Source: Eledone cirrhosa
Lineage: Eukaryota
Assembly (NCBI GenBank): GCA_964016885.1
Contig: OZ024740.1
Coordinates: 42,346,001-42,410,000 of the forward strand
Length of the DNA: 64,000 nt
Direction: 5' to 3'
Shown here: piece after piece, positions 17,150-29,234 of the stretch
How positions within the stretch are numbered: the stretch's first letter is position 1
Layout of the letters: each line of letters begins with the position of its first letter
The notes under the pieces: model-generated
Databases searched by the model: none
What the model was told of the DNA's origin: nothing
What the model saw: only the letters and a program-made list of their open reading frames with translations
Made by a program: the position numbers and the translations under genes

Positions 17150-17900
17150 TACGGAACATAACTGAAGTAAGCCAATATCATGGATTAGTTAAGGGCTTTT
17201 TGTACTGAATGGCGTACACAAACAATCTCAGTAAATTGTTAGTGACATTCAAAGAAAAGAAGAGTTAATTTCAGTATTATGTTTCCCAATTTTATTTACA
17301 TTCTTAGAAGTCAATGATAAAAAGTCTTAAGTTTTTTTCACTCTGTATCAAGCTAATTTTAGATCGGCTATCTTTTGCTAACGAGGTCTAATTCAACGAA
17401 AATATGTTGTTGGGTTTCACCTTCCCTGCTAGCAATTATAATTCAGCCCCAAATTCCATATATTGGTTTTGTTAAATTCTTTCTTAATTCTTTCTATGAG
17501 AGTTGCTAATAATTGCTACTAGTATTTTCTCCAGAGAGAAATTTCAATTAACCGAGAATTGGTTGCGCATAACACTCAGTGCATGATGCCACAGCATATT
17601 TACATCTAGAAATCATTGATTATTAAAATTCAAAGTAAATATAAGTTGTAAGTAATTATCGTCAATTCATTTCTAGAAATTTTGGGTATCAAATTAAAGC
17701 AATGTGATAGTGGATGTATAGTTCTTCTCAGAATCTAGTGCACAGAAGCATTTTACTGTCGTTCATTGTGTAGGAACTTACCATCATTTCAACCGATAAT
17801 CGATGAGTGACGAAAGTGCATTTATAGAATATGCCTATAGGATTGATAGCAGGCGTAGTCTTAGAAGGAGAAATCACTATTCTGAACATGGAGAAATATC
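17150..17900 (+). pseudogene. Highly decayed hAT-like transposase remnant
   Basis: Short motifs KEELISVL and QCMMPQ in Buster-like order; many stops. Confidence 0.3.
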
Positions 17901-18119
17901 GCTAGAAATATTAGTCCAGAACTGGCGTAGAATTGCTGATCCACTTACAGCAGCAAGATGTGGATAATATATCTTATCAGACGGAGCAACCCAACGGCAA
18001 CCACCGTGACCACGTATGCATGCATGTATGCATACGTATACGTATGCATGTATGTATGTATGTATGTATGTATGTATGTATGTATGTATGTATGTATGTA
18101 TGTATGTATGTATGTATGT

Positions 18120-19012
18120 GTTCTCTCTTTCTCTTAATTTCGAGTATATTTTTGACCGGCCACCTTCCTCGTGGCAAGGTTGTTAAGGAAAAGAAATTGT
18201 CATCCCTTGAATCGCAAGAATGTTTTGCAAATTTTGAAGGTGCCAGCTATCGCAGCCATTTGTAAACTATGAATTAGGGAGCTGCGCTCTTTGTCCGCAA
18301 ATCCAAGTTCTGTTATACATTGGTCCAAGCGGGTTGGTTTATAACCCATAGCTCCAATAATGATGGGTATGATGCTAAAGGTGTATCTTGGATACTGCAT
18401 TTGTAACCTCCTCATCAATGGTCTGTAGATGTCCTCCTTCTCCTGTATTTTTATGACAACGTTTACATCAAGTGGGCAGCTGATCTCCACAACAGAACAC
18501 GTTTTCAATGTGTGGTTCCAAACAATAATATCAGGCCGGTTGTGCTTTAATTTGGTGGCAGTTTTTATTTTCAGATTCCACCAGTATTCCTTAGTGCCAT
18601 CTGTCTCAATATATTCTTCCTTGTTTGTTTTTAATTTTTCCGAAGTGCGTTCCCGATGGTTCTAGCTATCCCATCGTGTCTCATGGGGAGGTACTAGCGA
18701 GATGACATTCTTTCGCAGCTGGCAACAATCTGGCTTACATCTTCGATCTTTGTTTTACATAGCCTGCATTTATTGTCAGCTGATGGCCCTCCTTTTTTGT
18801 GCAGCAGATATTTGGTAGGGATTTCTTGTTCCTGTATTGCATAGAGATATCCCTCAAGGTGTGATGTCATAAACTTGTCGGAACTCCATGCCATGCTTTT
18901 TGAGAGGTTTATCCCCTCTATGGTCTGTGTTTTACGTCTCAAGTATCCATGCACAACATTTCTGTAAATTGGTCAATTTTTTCATCTTGATTGAACATTG
19001 AATAGGATCTTC

Positions 19013-19013
<1 letters not shown>
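18120..19013 (-). mobile_element. 5'-truncated R4/Dong-like RLE LINE, family D, with (TACA)n tail
   Basis: MHGYL..AIQEQEIPTKY..CRLC..RHD..RPD..VEISCP..IPIIIGAMG; both ends abut (TGTA)n. Confidence 0.88.
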
Positions 19014-19043
<30 letters not shown>

Positions 19044-19054
19044 TGTATGTATGT

Positions 19055-19660
19055 CAGGTCACCAGTTGGTGCTACTGGTAACATGTATCCCAGTACAACC
19101 TGTCCCATGGTCGGGTCGTTGGCGACTAAACTGGCAACCCCACCAAGGTTTCTTGGTGAGGAGGGTGACTTTGGACATCCTGCAGGACTAAAAACAAAAC
19201 CTGTCAAAGGGCAAAGGAGCTCTTAAGAGTCAATGGCCATCCAAAATCACCGGGAGAGATGACCCCTTAGTCTTTGTCAAGGCAGAATTCTAGGAGAAGG
19301 AAAACTCTGATATAACACCTGCAACCCTGATGGTATCCAATGATGTTGACTTGTTCTTCTTTTTGGTAAATATCATCTTGGTTAAGAGAGTGGGACTGGC
19401 TTTGTGCAGTGCCTTTGCTCACTATAAAAGCTTCACGGCACAGGCATTGCTTTATATCTGGAGATCTCTCTGCACTTGTCGTCACATGGTACCATGGGCC
19501 CAGCACTATGTGTCAGTAATTGTCACAAGTGTAGTGTTTGTACCAGAGTTTTCAAGTCGCTGGTTGGACTAAAAAGTCACACTCGTTCAGCGCATCGGTA
19601 GGGGTTCTCCTACATGGATATAAAGTAGTGGCCGTACTCGAAAACGAGTTGGCAGCCACC
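19055..19660 (+). mobile_element. ~600 bp non-autonomous RTE-derived (bipartite) element, copy 1
   Basis: RTE-like 5' UTR (GGAGAAGGAAAACTCTGA) fused to C2H2 finger CSVCTRVFKSLVGLKSHTRSAHR* (19521-19601), 3' hairpin ACTCG-AAAA-CGAGT, (ATGT)n tail. Confidence 0.75.
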
Positions 19661-19743
19661 ATGTATGTATGTATGTATGTATGCATGTATGTATGTATGT
19701 ATGTATGTATGTATGTATGTATGTATGTATGTATGTATGTATG

Positions 19744-20342
19744 TCAGTTGGTGCTACTGGTAACATGTATCCCAGTACAACCTGTCTCATGGTCGGGTCA
19801 TTGGCGACTAAACTGGCAACCCCACCAAGGTTTCTTGGTGAGGAGGGTGACTTTGGACATCCTGCAGGACTAAAAACAAAACCTGTCAAAGGGCAAAGGC
19901 GCTCTTAAGAGTCAATGGCCATCCAAAATCACCGGGAGAGATAACCCCTTAGCCTATGTCAAGGCAGAATTCTAGGAGAAGGAAAACTCTGATATAACAC
20001 CTGCAAACATGATGGTATCCAATGATGTTGACTTGTTCTTCTTTTTGGTAAATATCATCTTGGTTAAGAGAGTGGGACTGGCTTTGTGCAGTGCCTTTGC
20101 TCACTATAAAAACTTCACGGCACAGGCATTGCTTTATATCTGGAGATCTCTCTGCACTTGTCGTCACATGGTACCATGGGCCCAGCAATATGTGTCAATA
20201 ATTTTCACAATTGCAGTGTTTGTACCAGAGTTTTCAAGTCGCTGGCGGGACTAAAAAGTCACACTCGTTCAGCGCATCAGTAGGGGTTCTCCTACATGGA
20301 TATGAAGTAGTGGCCGTACTCGAAAACGAGTTGGCAGCCACC
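19744..20342 (+). mobile_element. Non-autonomous RTE-derived element, copy 2
   Basis: Near-identical to copy 1, flanked by (ATGT)n. Confidence 0.78.
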
Positions 20343-20437
20343 ATGTATGTATGTATGTATGTATGTATGTATGTATGTATGTATGTATGTATGTATGTAT
20401 GTATGTATGTATGTATGTATGTATGTATGTATGTATG

Positions 20438-22241
20438 TTCTTATGGTTTTATAATTTCACAAAGTTTTACCAATAGAGAGAGAGTCGGTTTCTAACATAG
20501 ACACAACACTCTCTCATTGGAATTTACACAACATCAACTAGGTAGATAAGTATGCATGCATGTGTAGATATGGATGTTATTGTATGTGTGGATGTGGATA
20601 TTTTAAGTTTTATGTGTGCATGTGTATATGCTTTGTGTCTGTACATGTGTATATGCAGTTATTAGATGCAACAATTTTGGAATGTTTTACATATTTTTAC
20701 TGTTCCATTAATGGATTGTACTTGTAATTTCCTAACTAGTAGTGTTCTTTCTGTTCCTGTGAAGCCTAGCTTCTCAAGATTTGTATTGAGGCAGTTACTA
20801 AAATACCCCAGTGCCCCAATAATCACAGGCATAAATCTGAAGGTGTAATCAAGATGGAGTATCTGCAGATTTCTCAGCAGTTCTGCATAAATATTCCCCT
20901 TTTCACTAATCTTTGATATTATATTGGCATCTGCAGGGCAGCTAATTTCCACTACTGTGCATGTTTTCTTCTCCCTGTCACATATCATAATATCTTGTCT
21001 GTTATGCCTGCATTTTATTGGGGCTTTTACTGGAACATTCCACCAGTACTCTTTCATATTATGTACATGGATGTCTTCCACATTTCTGTAGCTTTTAATG
21101 TGTTTATTATCGGGGCTATCTTTTTTACGAACAGCATTGTACAGTGTTTTGGCCACTACATCATGCCTCATAGGTAGATAGTACCGCGATGACATATTTG
21201 GGCAGCTGCTGATGACATGGGTGATATCCTCGATGTTAGTTCTGCAGAGTCTGCACTTGCTATCACCTCTAGGTGTTTTGCCTGCATCCCTATCTCTTTT
21301 GTGAATCAGTTATTTCGAGCTAATCTCCTGTTCTTGGATTGCAAAAGCGTATCCTTCAAAGTGGGAGCCAATATAGCGGTTGTTGGTCCAAGCTAGACTA
21401 CTTTCCTTATCTGGAGCTTCCTGGCAACATATCCATGCATGTTTTTTTGCTGATAGGCATGCAGTTTTTCATCCATGGATTCACTGCGATATTGCTGAGC
21501 GACATCACTGGGTGTGAGTTTTTGATTATCACACAGGGAATATCTCTCAAGGAGTTGCTTCCCAACTCTCATGATCTTATCTGTTTCATGCAGATAGACT
21601 TACTCGAGAAACTAGCTCCTACGCTTCGAGGTTCGTAGATGTTATCGGATGCGACATTCAAATGTTGTCTGGACTGATGTTAGGCCTCTGCCTCCCGGCT
21701 TACGTTTCAAGTAAAGGCGGTCTATGTCACTGTTGATGTGGAAGTTTCCGGTGTTGTTTAGTATTTTTCGAGTTCCAACATCAACTGCTCGGAGTTCGTC
21801 TATCGTCCACTTGCGTATTCCAAACGTTGGTGTTAGGACAGGCACAGCAAACACATTGTGAGCCACTGTTTTGTTTTGCGCAGAGAATTTCGATGACCAG
21901 ATCTTTCTTAATCGGGTGTAGTATTCCCTGGTTACGCGTTCTTTATTACAGATACCATTATAGGATATGTTCTCACCTATCCCCAGGTATCTGTAGCAGT
22001 CCTCATCAGATATCGGTGAAACAGTTAGACCATTGATGACAATGTTGCTAGATTGGGTTGTTGTTTTTCCCCGCTTTACAGTCATGTATGAGCATTTACC
22101 TTGGCGAAACTCCATTCCTATATCCTTTGAGAACGTTGTAACCAGGTCAAGAATTTTCTTCACCCCATCCATGTTCTTGGCATAGAGTTTCAGATCGTCC
22201 ACAAAGAAGTTATGGGTTAGGTTCGTATTTCTGTCCTCCTG
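20438..22241 (-). mobile_element. 5'-truncated R4/Dong-like RLE LINE, family E
   Basis: FVDDLKLY RT motif, RLYLKRKPGGRGL, CRLC..H..SC..RHD, WWNVP..VEISCP; flanked by (TGTA)n. Confidence 0.9.
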
Positions 22242-22322
22242 TTATGTATGTATGTATGTATGTATTGATGTATGTATGTATGTATGTATGTATGTATGTA
22301 TGTATGTATGTATGTATGTATG

Positions 22323-22919
22323 TCAGGTTACCAGTTGGTGCTACTGGTAACATGTATCCCAGTAGAATCTGTCTCATGGTCGGGTCGTTGGCGACTAAAC
22401 TGGCAACCCCACCAAGGTCTCTTGGTGAGGAGGGTGACTTTGGACATCCTGCAGGACTAAAAACAAAACCTGTCAAAGGGCAAAGGAGCTCTTAATAGTC
22501 AATGCCCATCCAAAATCACCGGGAGAGATGACCCCTTAGCCTTTGCCAATGCAGAATTCTAGGAGAAGAAAAACTCTGATATAACACCTGCAACCCTGAA
22601 TGATGTTGACTTGTTCTTCTTTTTGGTAAATATCATCTTGGTTAAGAGAGTTGGACTGGCTTTGTGCAATGCCTTTGCTCACTATAAAAGCCTCACAGCA
22701 CAGGGATTGCTTTATATCTGGAGATCTCTCTGCACTTGTCGTCACATGGTACCATGGGCCCAGCACTATGTGTCAATAATTGTCACAAGTGTAGTGTTTG
22801 TACCAGAGTTTCAAGTCGCTGGCTGGACTAAAAAGTCACAGTCGTTCAGCGCATCGGTAGGGGTTCTCCTTCATGAATATAAAGTAGTGGCCGGACTCGA
22901 AAACGAGTTGGCAGCCACC
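22323..22919 (+). mobile_element. Non-autonomous RTE-derived element, copy 3
   Basis: Matches copies 1 and 2. Confidence 0.78.
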
Positions 22920-22924
22920 ATGTA

Positions 22925-23270
22925 AAAGTGAATAAAATTTCCGTCGCTCTTTGTCCAATCTTTCATCCTTTCAATCATAAGAATGTTTTACCGATTTTCA
23001 AGATTCGAGATATTGCGGCCATTTTTATCTTATGAATTACGGAGGTGAATTTCTTTCACCACAAATCCAAGGTTAGTTAAATTTTGGTTCAAATGGGTTG
23101 GTATATAACCTGCAGCGTCGATGATAACGGGTATGAAACTACGTGTATCTTAGGCACTGGATCATCAAACTCCTCATCCATCCATATCGTTTTACTCCCG
23201 TAGTTTTCATAGTAAATTTATATCGAATGACTAGCTGACTTCTACAACAGCATGTTCTTAATGTGCTATG
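22925..23270 (-). mobile_element. Old, diverged RLE-LINE 3' fragment
   Basis: Degenerate similarity to 18220-18510. Confidence 0.5.
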
Positions 23271-23313
23271 TAACTATATGTATGTATGTCAAATATGTAT
23301 GTATGTATGTATG

Positions 23314-23565
23314 TTTTCTCTTTCTCTTAATTTCGAGTATATTTTTTTGACCGGCCACCTACCTGGTGGCAAGGTTGTAAAAGAAAAGAAATTGTCATCC
23401 CTTGAATCGCAAGAATGTTTTGCAAATTTTGAAGGTGCCAGCTATCGCAGCCATTTGTAGACTATGAATTAGGGAGCTTCGCTTTTTGTCCGCAAATCCA
23501 AGTTCAGTCAAACTTTGGTCCAAGCGGGTTGGTATATAACCCGTAGCACCAATAATGATGGGTAT
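23314..23565 (-). mobile_element. Short 5'-truncated family D copy
   Basis: IPIIIGATGY..KICKTFLRFKG* plus the same 3' UTR as 18120-18199. Confidence 0.85.
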
Positions 23566-23646
23566 GAATGTATGAATGTATGTATGTATGTATGTATGTA
23601 TGTATGTATGTATGTATGTATGTATGTATGTATGTATGTATGTATG

Positions 23647-24975
23647 TTTTTTTGGTTTTATAATTTCACAAATGTTTACCATTAGAGAGAGAGTCGGTTT
23701 CTAACATAGACACAAGACTCTCTCATCGGAATTTACACAACACCAACTAGCTAGATTATGTTGCACGCATGCATGTGTAGATATGGATGTTATTGTATGT
23801 GTAGATGTGTATGTTTTGTGTTGTATGTGTGCATGTGTATATGCTTTGTATTTGTACATGTGTATATGCAGTTATTAGATGCAACATTTTTGGAATGTTT
23901 TACATATTTTTATTGTTCCACTAGATTGTACTTGTAATTTCCTAACTAGTTGTGTTCTTTCTGTTTCTGAGAAGCCTAGCTTCTCAAGATTTGTATTGAG
24001 GCAGTTACTAACATACCCCAGTGCCCCAATAATCACAGGCATAAGCTGAAGGTGTAATCAGGGTGGAGTACCTGCAGATTTCTCATCAATTCTGCATATT
24101 TCTGCTTTTCGCTAATCTTTCATATTATATTGGCATCTGCTGGGCAGCTAATTTCCACTACTGTGCATGCTTTGTTTACACTGTCCCATATCATAATATC
24201 TGGTCTGTTATGCCTGCATTTTATTGGGATTTTACTGGAACATTCAACCTGTACTCTTTCATATTATGTACATGGATATCTTCCACATTGCTGTAGCTTT
24301 TAATGTGTTTATTATCGGGGCTATCGTTTCTACGGATTGCATTGTACAGTGTTTTGGCCATAGGTAGTAAGTACCGCGATGACATCTTCGATGTTACTTC
24401 TGCAGAGTCTGCACTTGTTATCACATCTAGGTGTTTTGCATGCTTCCCTATCTCTTTTGTGAATCAGGTATTTCGTGTTAATTTCCTGTTCTTGGATTGC
24501 AAAAGCATATCCTTCAAAGTGGGAGCCAATGTAGCGGTTGTTGGTCCAAGATAGACTACTTTCCTTATCTATATTACTCTCACTCTGGAGCTTCCTGGCA
24601 ACATATTCAAGCATGATTTTTTGCTGACAAGTATGCAGTTTTTCATCCATGGATTCACTGCGATACTGCTGAGCGACTTCCCTGGGTGTGAATTTTTGAT
24701 TATCACACAGGGAATATCCCTCGAAGAGCTCCTTCCCAACCTTCATGATCTCATCTGTTTCACGCAGATAGACTTGCTCGAGAGACGGGCTCCTACGCTT
24801 TGAGGTTCGTAGATGTCGGAGGAATATGATGCGACATTCAAATGCTGTCTGGACTGATGTTAGGTCTCTGCCTCCCTGCTTACGTTTCAAGTAAAGGCGG
24901 TCTATGTCAATGTTGATGTGGAAGTTTCCGGTGTTGTTTAGTATTTTTCGAGTTCCAACATCAACTGCTCCTCTA
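23647..24975 (-). mobile_element. 5'-truncated family E copy
   Basis: GGRDLTSV..GYAFAIQEQEINTKY..CRLC; same 3' UTR as 20438. Confidence 0.88.
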
Positions 24976-25007
24976 TCGTCTATCGTCTGTATGTCTGTAT
25001 GTAAGTA

Positions 25008-25270
25008 TTTTCTCCTGGTTTAATAATTTCACAAATTTTTGCCAATAGAGAAAGAGTCGGTTTCTAACATAGATACAAGACTCTCTCACTGTAATTTACC
25101 CAACCACAACTAGGTAGATATGTATGCATGTCTGCATGCATGCAGGTGTGTGCAGGTATGGATGTTATTTTATGTTTGGATGTGGATGTTTTGTTGTATG
25201 TGTGTATGTGCATATGCTTTGTATTTGTACATGTGTACATGGTGTTATTTGAGGCAGAATTTTTGGAATA
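25008..25270 (-). mobile_element. Family E 3' UTR-only copy
   Basis: Matches 20438-20680. Confidence 0.75.
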
Positions 25271-25287
25271 TATGTATGTATGTATGT

Positions 25288-25845
25288 CGCATGGCAACCA
25301 CACCAAGTTTACTTGGTGAGGAGGGTGATTTTGGACACCCTGCGGGACAAAAAACAAAACCTGACAAAGGGCGGAAGAACTCATGAGTCAATGACCATTC
25401 AAAAACGTGTAAATGTGTATATTCATATGTATATATGTATATGCATGTATACATATGTGTAAATATGCGCGCGGACATATAAATAATCGGGCTGGATAGC
25501 CGATCAGGCGGTTAAATCACTGAGAGTGAAGGACCCCTAGCCTTTGTTAGGGGATTCTTCTAGGAGAAGGTAACTCAGGAAACTGTATAACTCCGACACA
25601 AAACCTTCAGTTCAGTAGTTACCGATGATGTTTATCTTTTCTTCTTTTCGGGTTTCTCGCTACTGTCACTCAGAGAGTGGGATTGGCTTAGTGCACAGTC
25701 CTCAGTGCACAGTCCTCAGTGCACATTCCTCACTTTAAAAAATCTTTGCGCGCAGGCATTGCATGATAGAATTAAATGATAATTACTAATAATGGTATAT
25801 CGTGCAATGGCCATAGTCGATAACGAGGGCACAGCCATCATCATG
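25288..25845 (+). mobile_element. Diverged subfamily of the RTE-derived non-autonomous element
   Basis: GGCAACC-CACCAAG..CTTGGTGAGGAGGGTG..AAAACCTG, TAGGAGAAGG, GAGAGTGGGATTGGC shared with copies 1-3. Confidence 0.65.
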
Positions 25846-25859
25846 TATGTATTATGTAT

Positions 25860-27627
25860 GTTCTTCTGATTTTATAATTTCATAAAGTTTTACCAACAGA
25901 GAGAGAGTCGGTTTCTAACATAGACACAAGACTCTCTCATTGAAATTTATACAACATCAACTAGGTAAATTATGTATGCATGCGTGTGTAGATATGGATG
26001 TTATTGTATGTGTGGATGTGTATGTTTTGAGTAGTAGGTGTGCATGTGTATATGCTTTCATCTGTACATGTGTATATGCAGTTATTAGTTGCAACATTTT
26101 TGGAATGTTTTACATATTTTTACTGTTCCATTAATGGATTGTACTTGTAGTTTCTTAACTAGTTCTTTCTGTTTCTGTGAAGCTTCTCAAGATTTGAATT
26201 GAGGCAGTTACTAACATATTCCAGTGTCCCAATAATCACAGGCAAAAATCTGAAGGTGTAATCAAGGTGGAGTATCTGCAGATTTCTCATCAGTTCTGCA
26301 TAAATATTCTCCTTTTCACTAATCTTTGATATTATATTGGCATCTGCTGGGCAGCTAATTTCCACTACTGTGCATGCTTTCTTCTCCCTGTCCCATATCA
26401 TAATATCTGGTCTGTTATACCTGCATTTTATTGGGGCTTTTACTGGAACATTCCACCAGTACTCTTTCATATTATGTACATGGATGTCTTCCACATTGCT
26501 GTAGCTTTTAATGTGTTTATTATCGGGGCTATCCTTTTTACGAACTGAATGGTACAGTATTTTGGCCACTACATCATGCCTCATAGGTAGATAGTACCGC
26601 GATGACATCTTTGGACAGCTGCTGATGCCATGGGTGATATCCTCGATGTTAGTTCTGCAGAGTCTGCACTTGTTATCACATCTAGGAGACGGGCTCCTAC
26701 GCTTTGAGGTTCGTAGATGTTGTCGGAGGAATATGATGCGACATTCAAATGTTGTCTGGCCTGATGTTAGGCTTCTGCCTCCCTGCTTACGTTTCAAGTA
26801 GAGGCGGTCTGTGTCACTGTTGATGTGGAAGTTTTCGTTGTTGTTTAATATTTTTCGAGTTCCAACATGAACTGCTCGGATTTCGGCTATCATCCAATTG
26901 AGTATTCCAGACGTTGGTTAGTACAGGCACAGCAAACACATTGTGAGCCACTGTTTTGTTTTGCGCAGAGAGTACCGATGACCAGATCTTTCTTAATCGA
27001 GTGTAGTATTCCCTGGTTACGCATTCTTTATTACAAATACCATTATAGGATATGTTCTCATCTATCCCCAGGTATCTGTAGCAGTCCTCATCAGCTATCG
27101 TTGAAACAGTTAGGCCATTGATGACAATGTTGCTAGATTGGGTTGTTGTTTTCCCCCGCTTTACAATCATGTATGAGCATTTATCTTGGCCAAACTCCAT
27201 TCTTATATCCTTTGAGAACGTTGTAACCAGGTCAAGATTTTTCTTCATCCCATCCATGTTCTTGGCATAGAGTTTCAGATCGTCCACAAAGAAATTATGG
27301 GTTAGGTTCGTATTTCTGTCCTCCTGTGAGCCAATGATGTATCACTCACATTTCTTGAGCAGCAAGGACAGGGGCAAGATGAATAATATCACAGAGAGAC
27401 TGTCCCCCTGAAATATACCCCTGAAATATTTTATTTTATCAGTGAAAATAGAGTCCTCCCTCTCTGTCTTTAACCTTAGGATAGTAGCCCAAGAAGACAG
27501 CCTCTCTATGGCTCTGACAATAATGTCTGGGACTTTAGCAAGTTGGAGTGCCTCTATCATCCAAGAGTGGGGAAGAGAATCGAAAGCTTTCCTGTAGTCG
27601 GGAAGAGAATCGAAAGCTTTCCTGTAG
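25860..27627 (-). mobile_element. 5'-truncated family E copy with internal deletion
   Basis: DYRKAFDSLPHSW, RGIFQGDSLS, VDDLKL, CCHC finger and RPD nuclease motifs. Confidence 0.9.
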
Positions 27628-27823
27628 CATGTATGTATGTATGTATGTATGTATGTATGTATGTATGTATGTATGTATGCATGTATGTATGTATGTATGT
27701 ATGTATGTATGTATGTATGTATGTATGTATGTATGTATGTATGCATGCATGCATGTATGTATGTATGTATGTATGTATGTATGTATGTATGTATGTATGT
27801 ATGCATGCATGTATGTATGTATG

Positions 27824-27857
<34 letters not shown>

Positions 27858-27892
27858 TGTATGTATGTATGTATGTATGTATGTATGTATGT
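27628..27892. repeat. (TGTA)n microsatellite
   Basis: Direct read. Confidence 0.96.
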
Positions 27893-28059
27893 TTGCAACT
27901 TTGTGTTTATAGTGAGCTATCATTGGATAACATATTTCAATGTGTTAATTTCTTTACTAGAATATTTTTCATTAAAAAAACAGGACATTAATTTCTTTCA
28001 ACACTCGTAACGTGTTGTTGAAGTAAAGTGTGTGATAGAAAGAATTACATAAAAAAGAC

Positions 28060-28172
28060 AAAATCAGAAGAAAAGAAGAGAGGAGTGTTGAAGTGAGAAG
28101 GGTAGACAAAGAAGGAGAGGGTGATGGAGAGAGGTAGAGGGTGAGGGAGAGAGATGAAGTGGGAGAGAGGGA

Positions 28173-28235
<63 letters not shown>

Positions 28236-29230
28236 AGAAAAAGGGAGTGACGACAGAGAGAAAGATGAGAGACAGAGAGATGAAGATGTAGAAAGTGAAA
28301 GTAAGAGAGCGGGGACTGAGATGAAGAAAGTGGGATGTAAAATGAAAGAAGAAAATGAGAAAATAGAATGAGACAAATACATAGTGAATGAGATGGACAT
28401 GAGAATGAGATAATGAATGAGAACGACAACAAAAAAGAAAAGAAAAGAAAGAAGGCGGAAGACAGGGAAATAAAGGTAGAAATAAAAATAGGAATACAGC
28501 AGTCATTGTGTTGCCCCAGCATGGCCATTGACTGAAACTAGAAAATGAAAATCAGAGAACTTTAGATGTAGACACAGAAGGATAAAGAGAGATAGACAAA
28601 TAGACAGATATATAGAGATACAGCAACAGATATTGAGTTTGGGAGATTGGGATGGCGAGAAGTAGAGAAAGAGTATTATAAAAGGGAGATAGAGATAGAG
28701 AGAGATAGAGAGAGGGAGATAGAGGGAAAGAGAGAGAGAGAAATAAAAAGGGGAGAAAGAAAGAGAGAAAAAGTGAGATATAGAAAAAAGGGAGAGAGAG
28801 ATAGATAGAAAAAGAGGAAAGAAGGAGATAAAGAGAGAAAGAGAGAAAGAGAGAAAGAGAGAAAGAGAGAAAGAGTATGAGAGAGAGAAAGTGAGAGATA
28901 AAAAAAGGGGAGAGAGAGAAAGAGAGAAAAATTGAGAGATAGAAATTGGGGGAGAGAGAGAGAGAAAGAGAGAAAGTGAGAGATAAAAAAAGGGGGAGAG
29001 AAAGAGAGAAAGTGAGTGAGAGAGAGAGAGAGAGAGAGAGAGAAAGTGAGATATAGAAAAAAGGGAGAGAGAAAAAGAGAGAAAAAATGAGAGATAGAAA
29101 AAAGGGGAAAGAAAGAGAGAAAGGGAGAAAGAGAGAAAGTGTGTGTGAGAGAGATAGAGAGATAGAGAGGGAGAGGGAGATTAAGACAAGTGTTGCGACA
29201 GACAGTGAATCAGACAGATAAAGACTGAAA
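28060..29230. repeat. GA-rich polypurine low-complexity tract
   Basis: (GA)n and degenerate GAGAAA units. Confidence 0.9.
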
Positions 29231-29234
29231 TTAA

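Noticed and set aside
19014-20437. Repeat-spacer-repeat pattern resembling CRISPR or an LTR pair
   Set aside because: Units are 600 bp retroposon copies separated by variable-length microsatellite; no unique spacers, cas genes, TG..CA ends or primer-binding site
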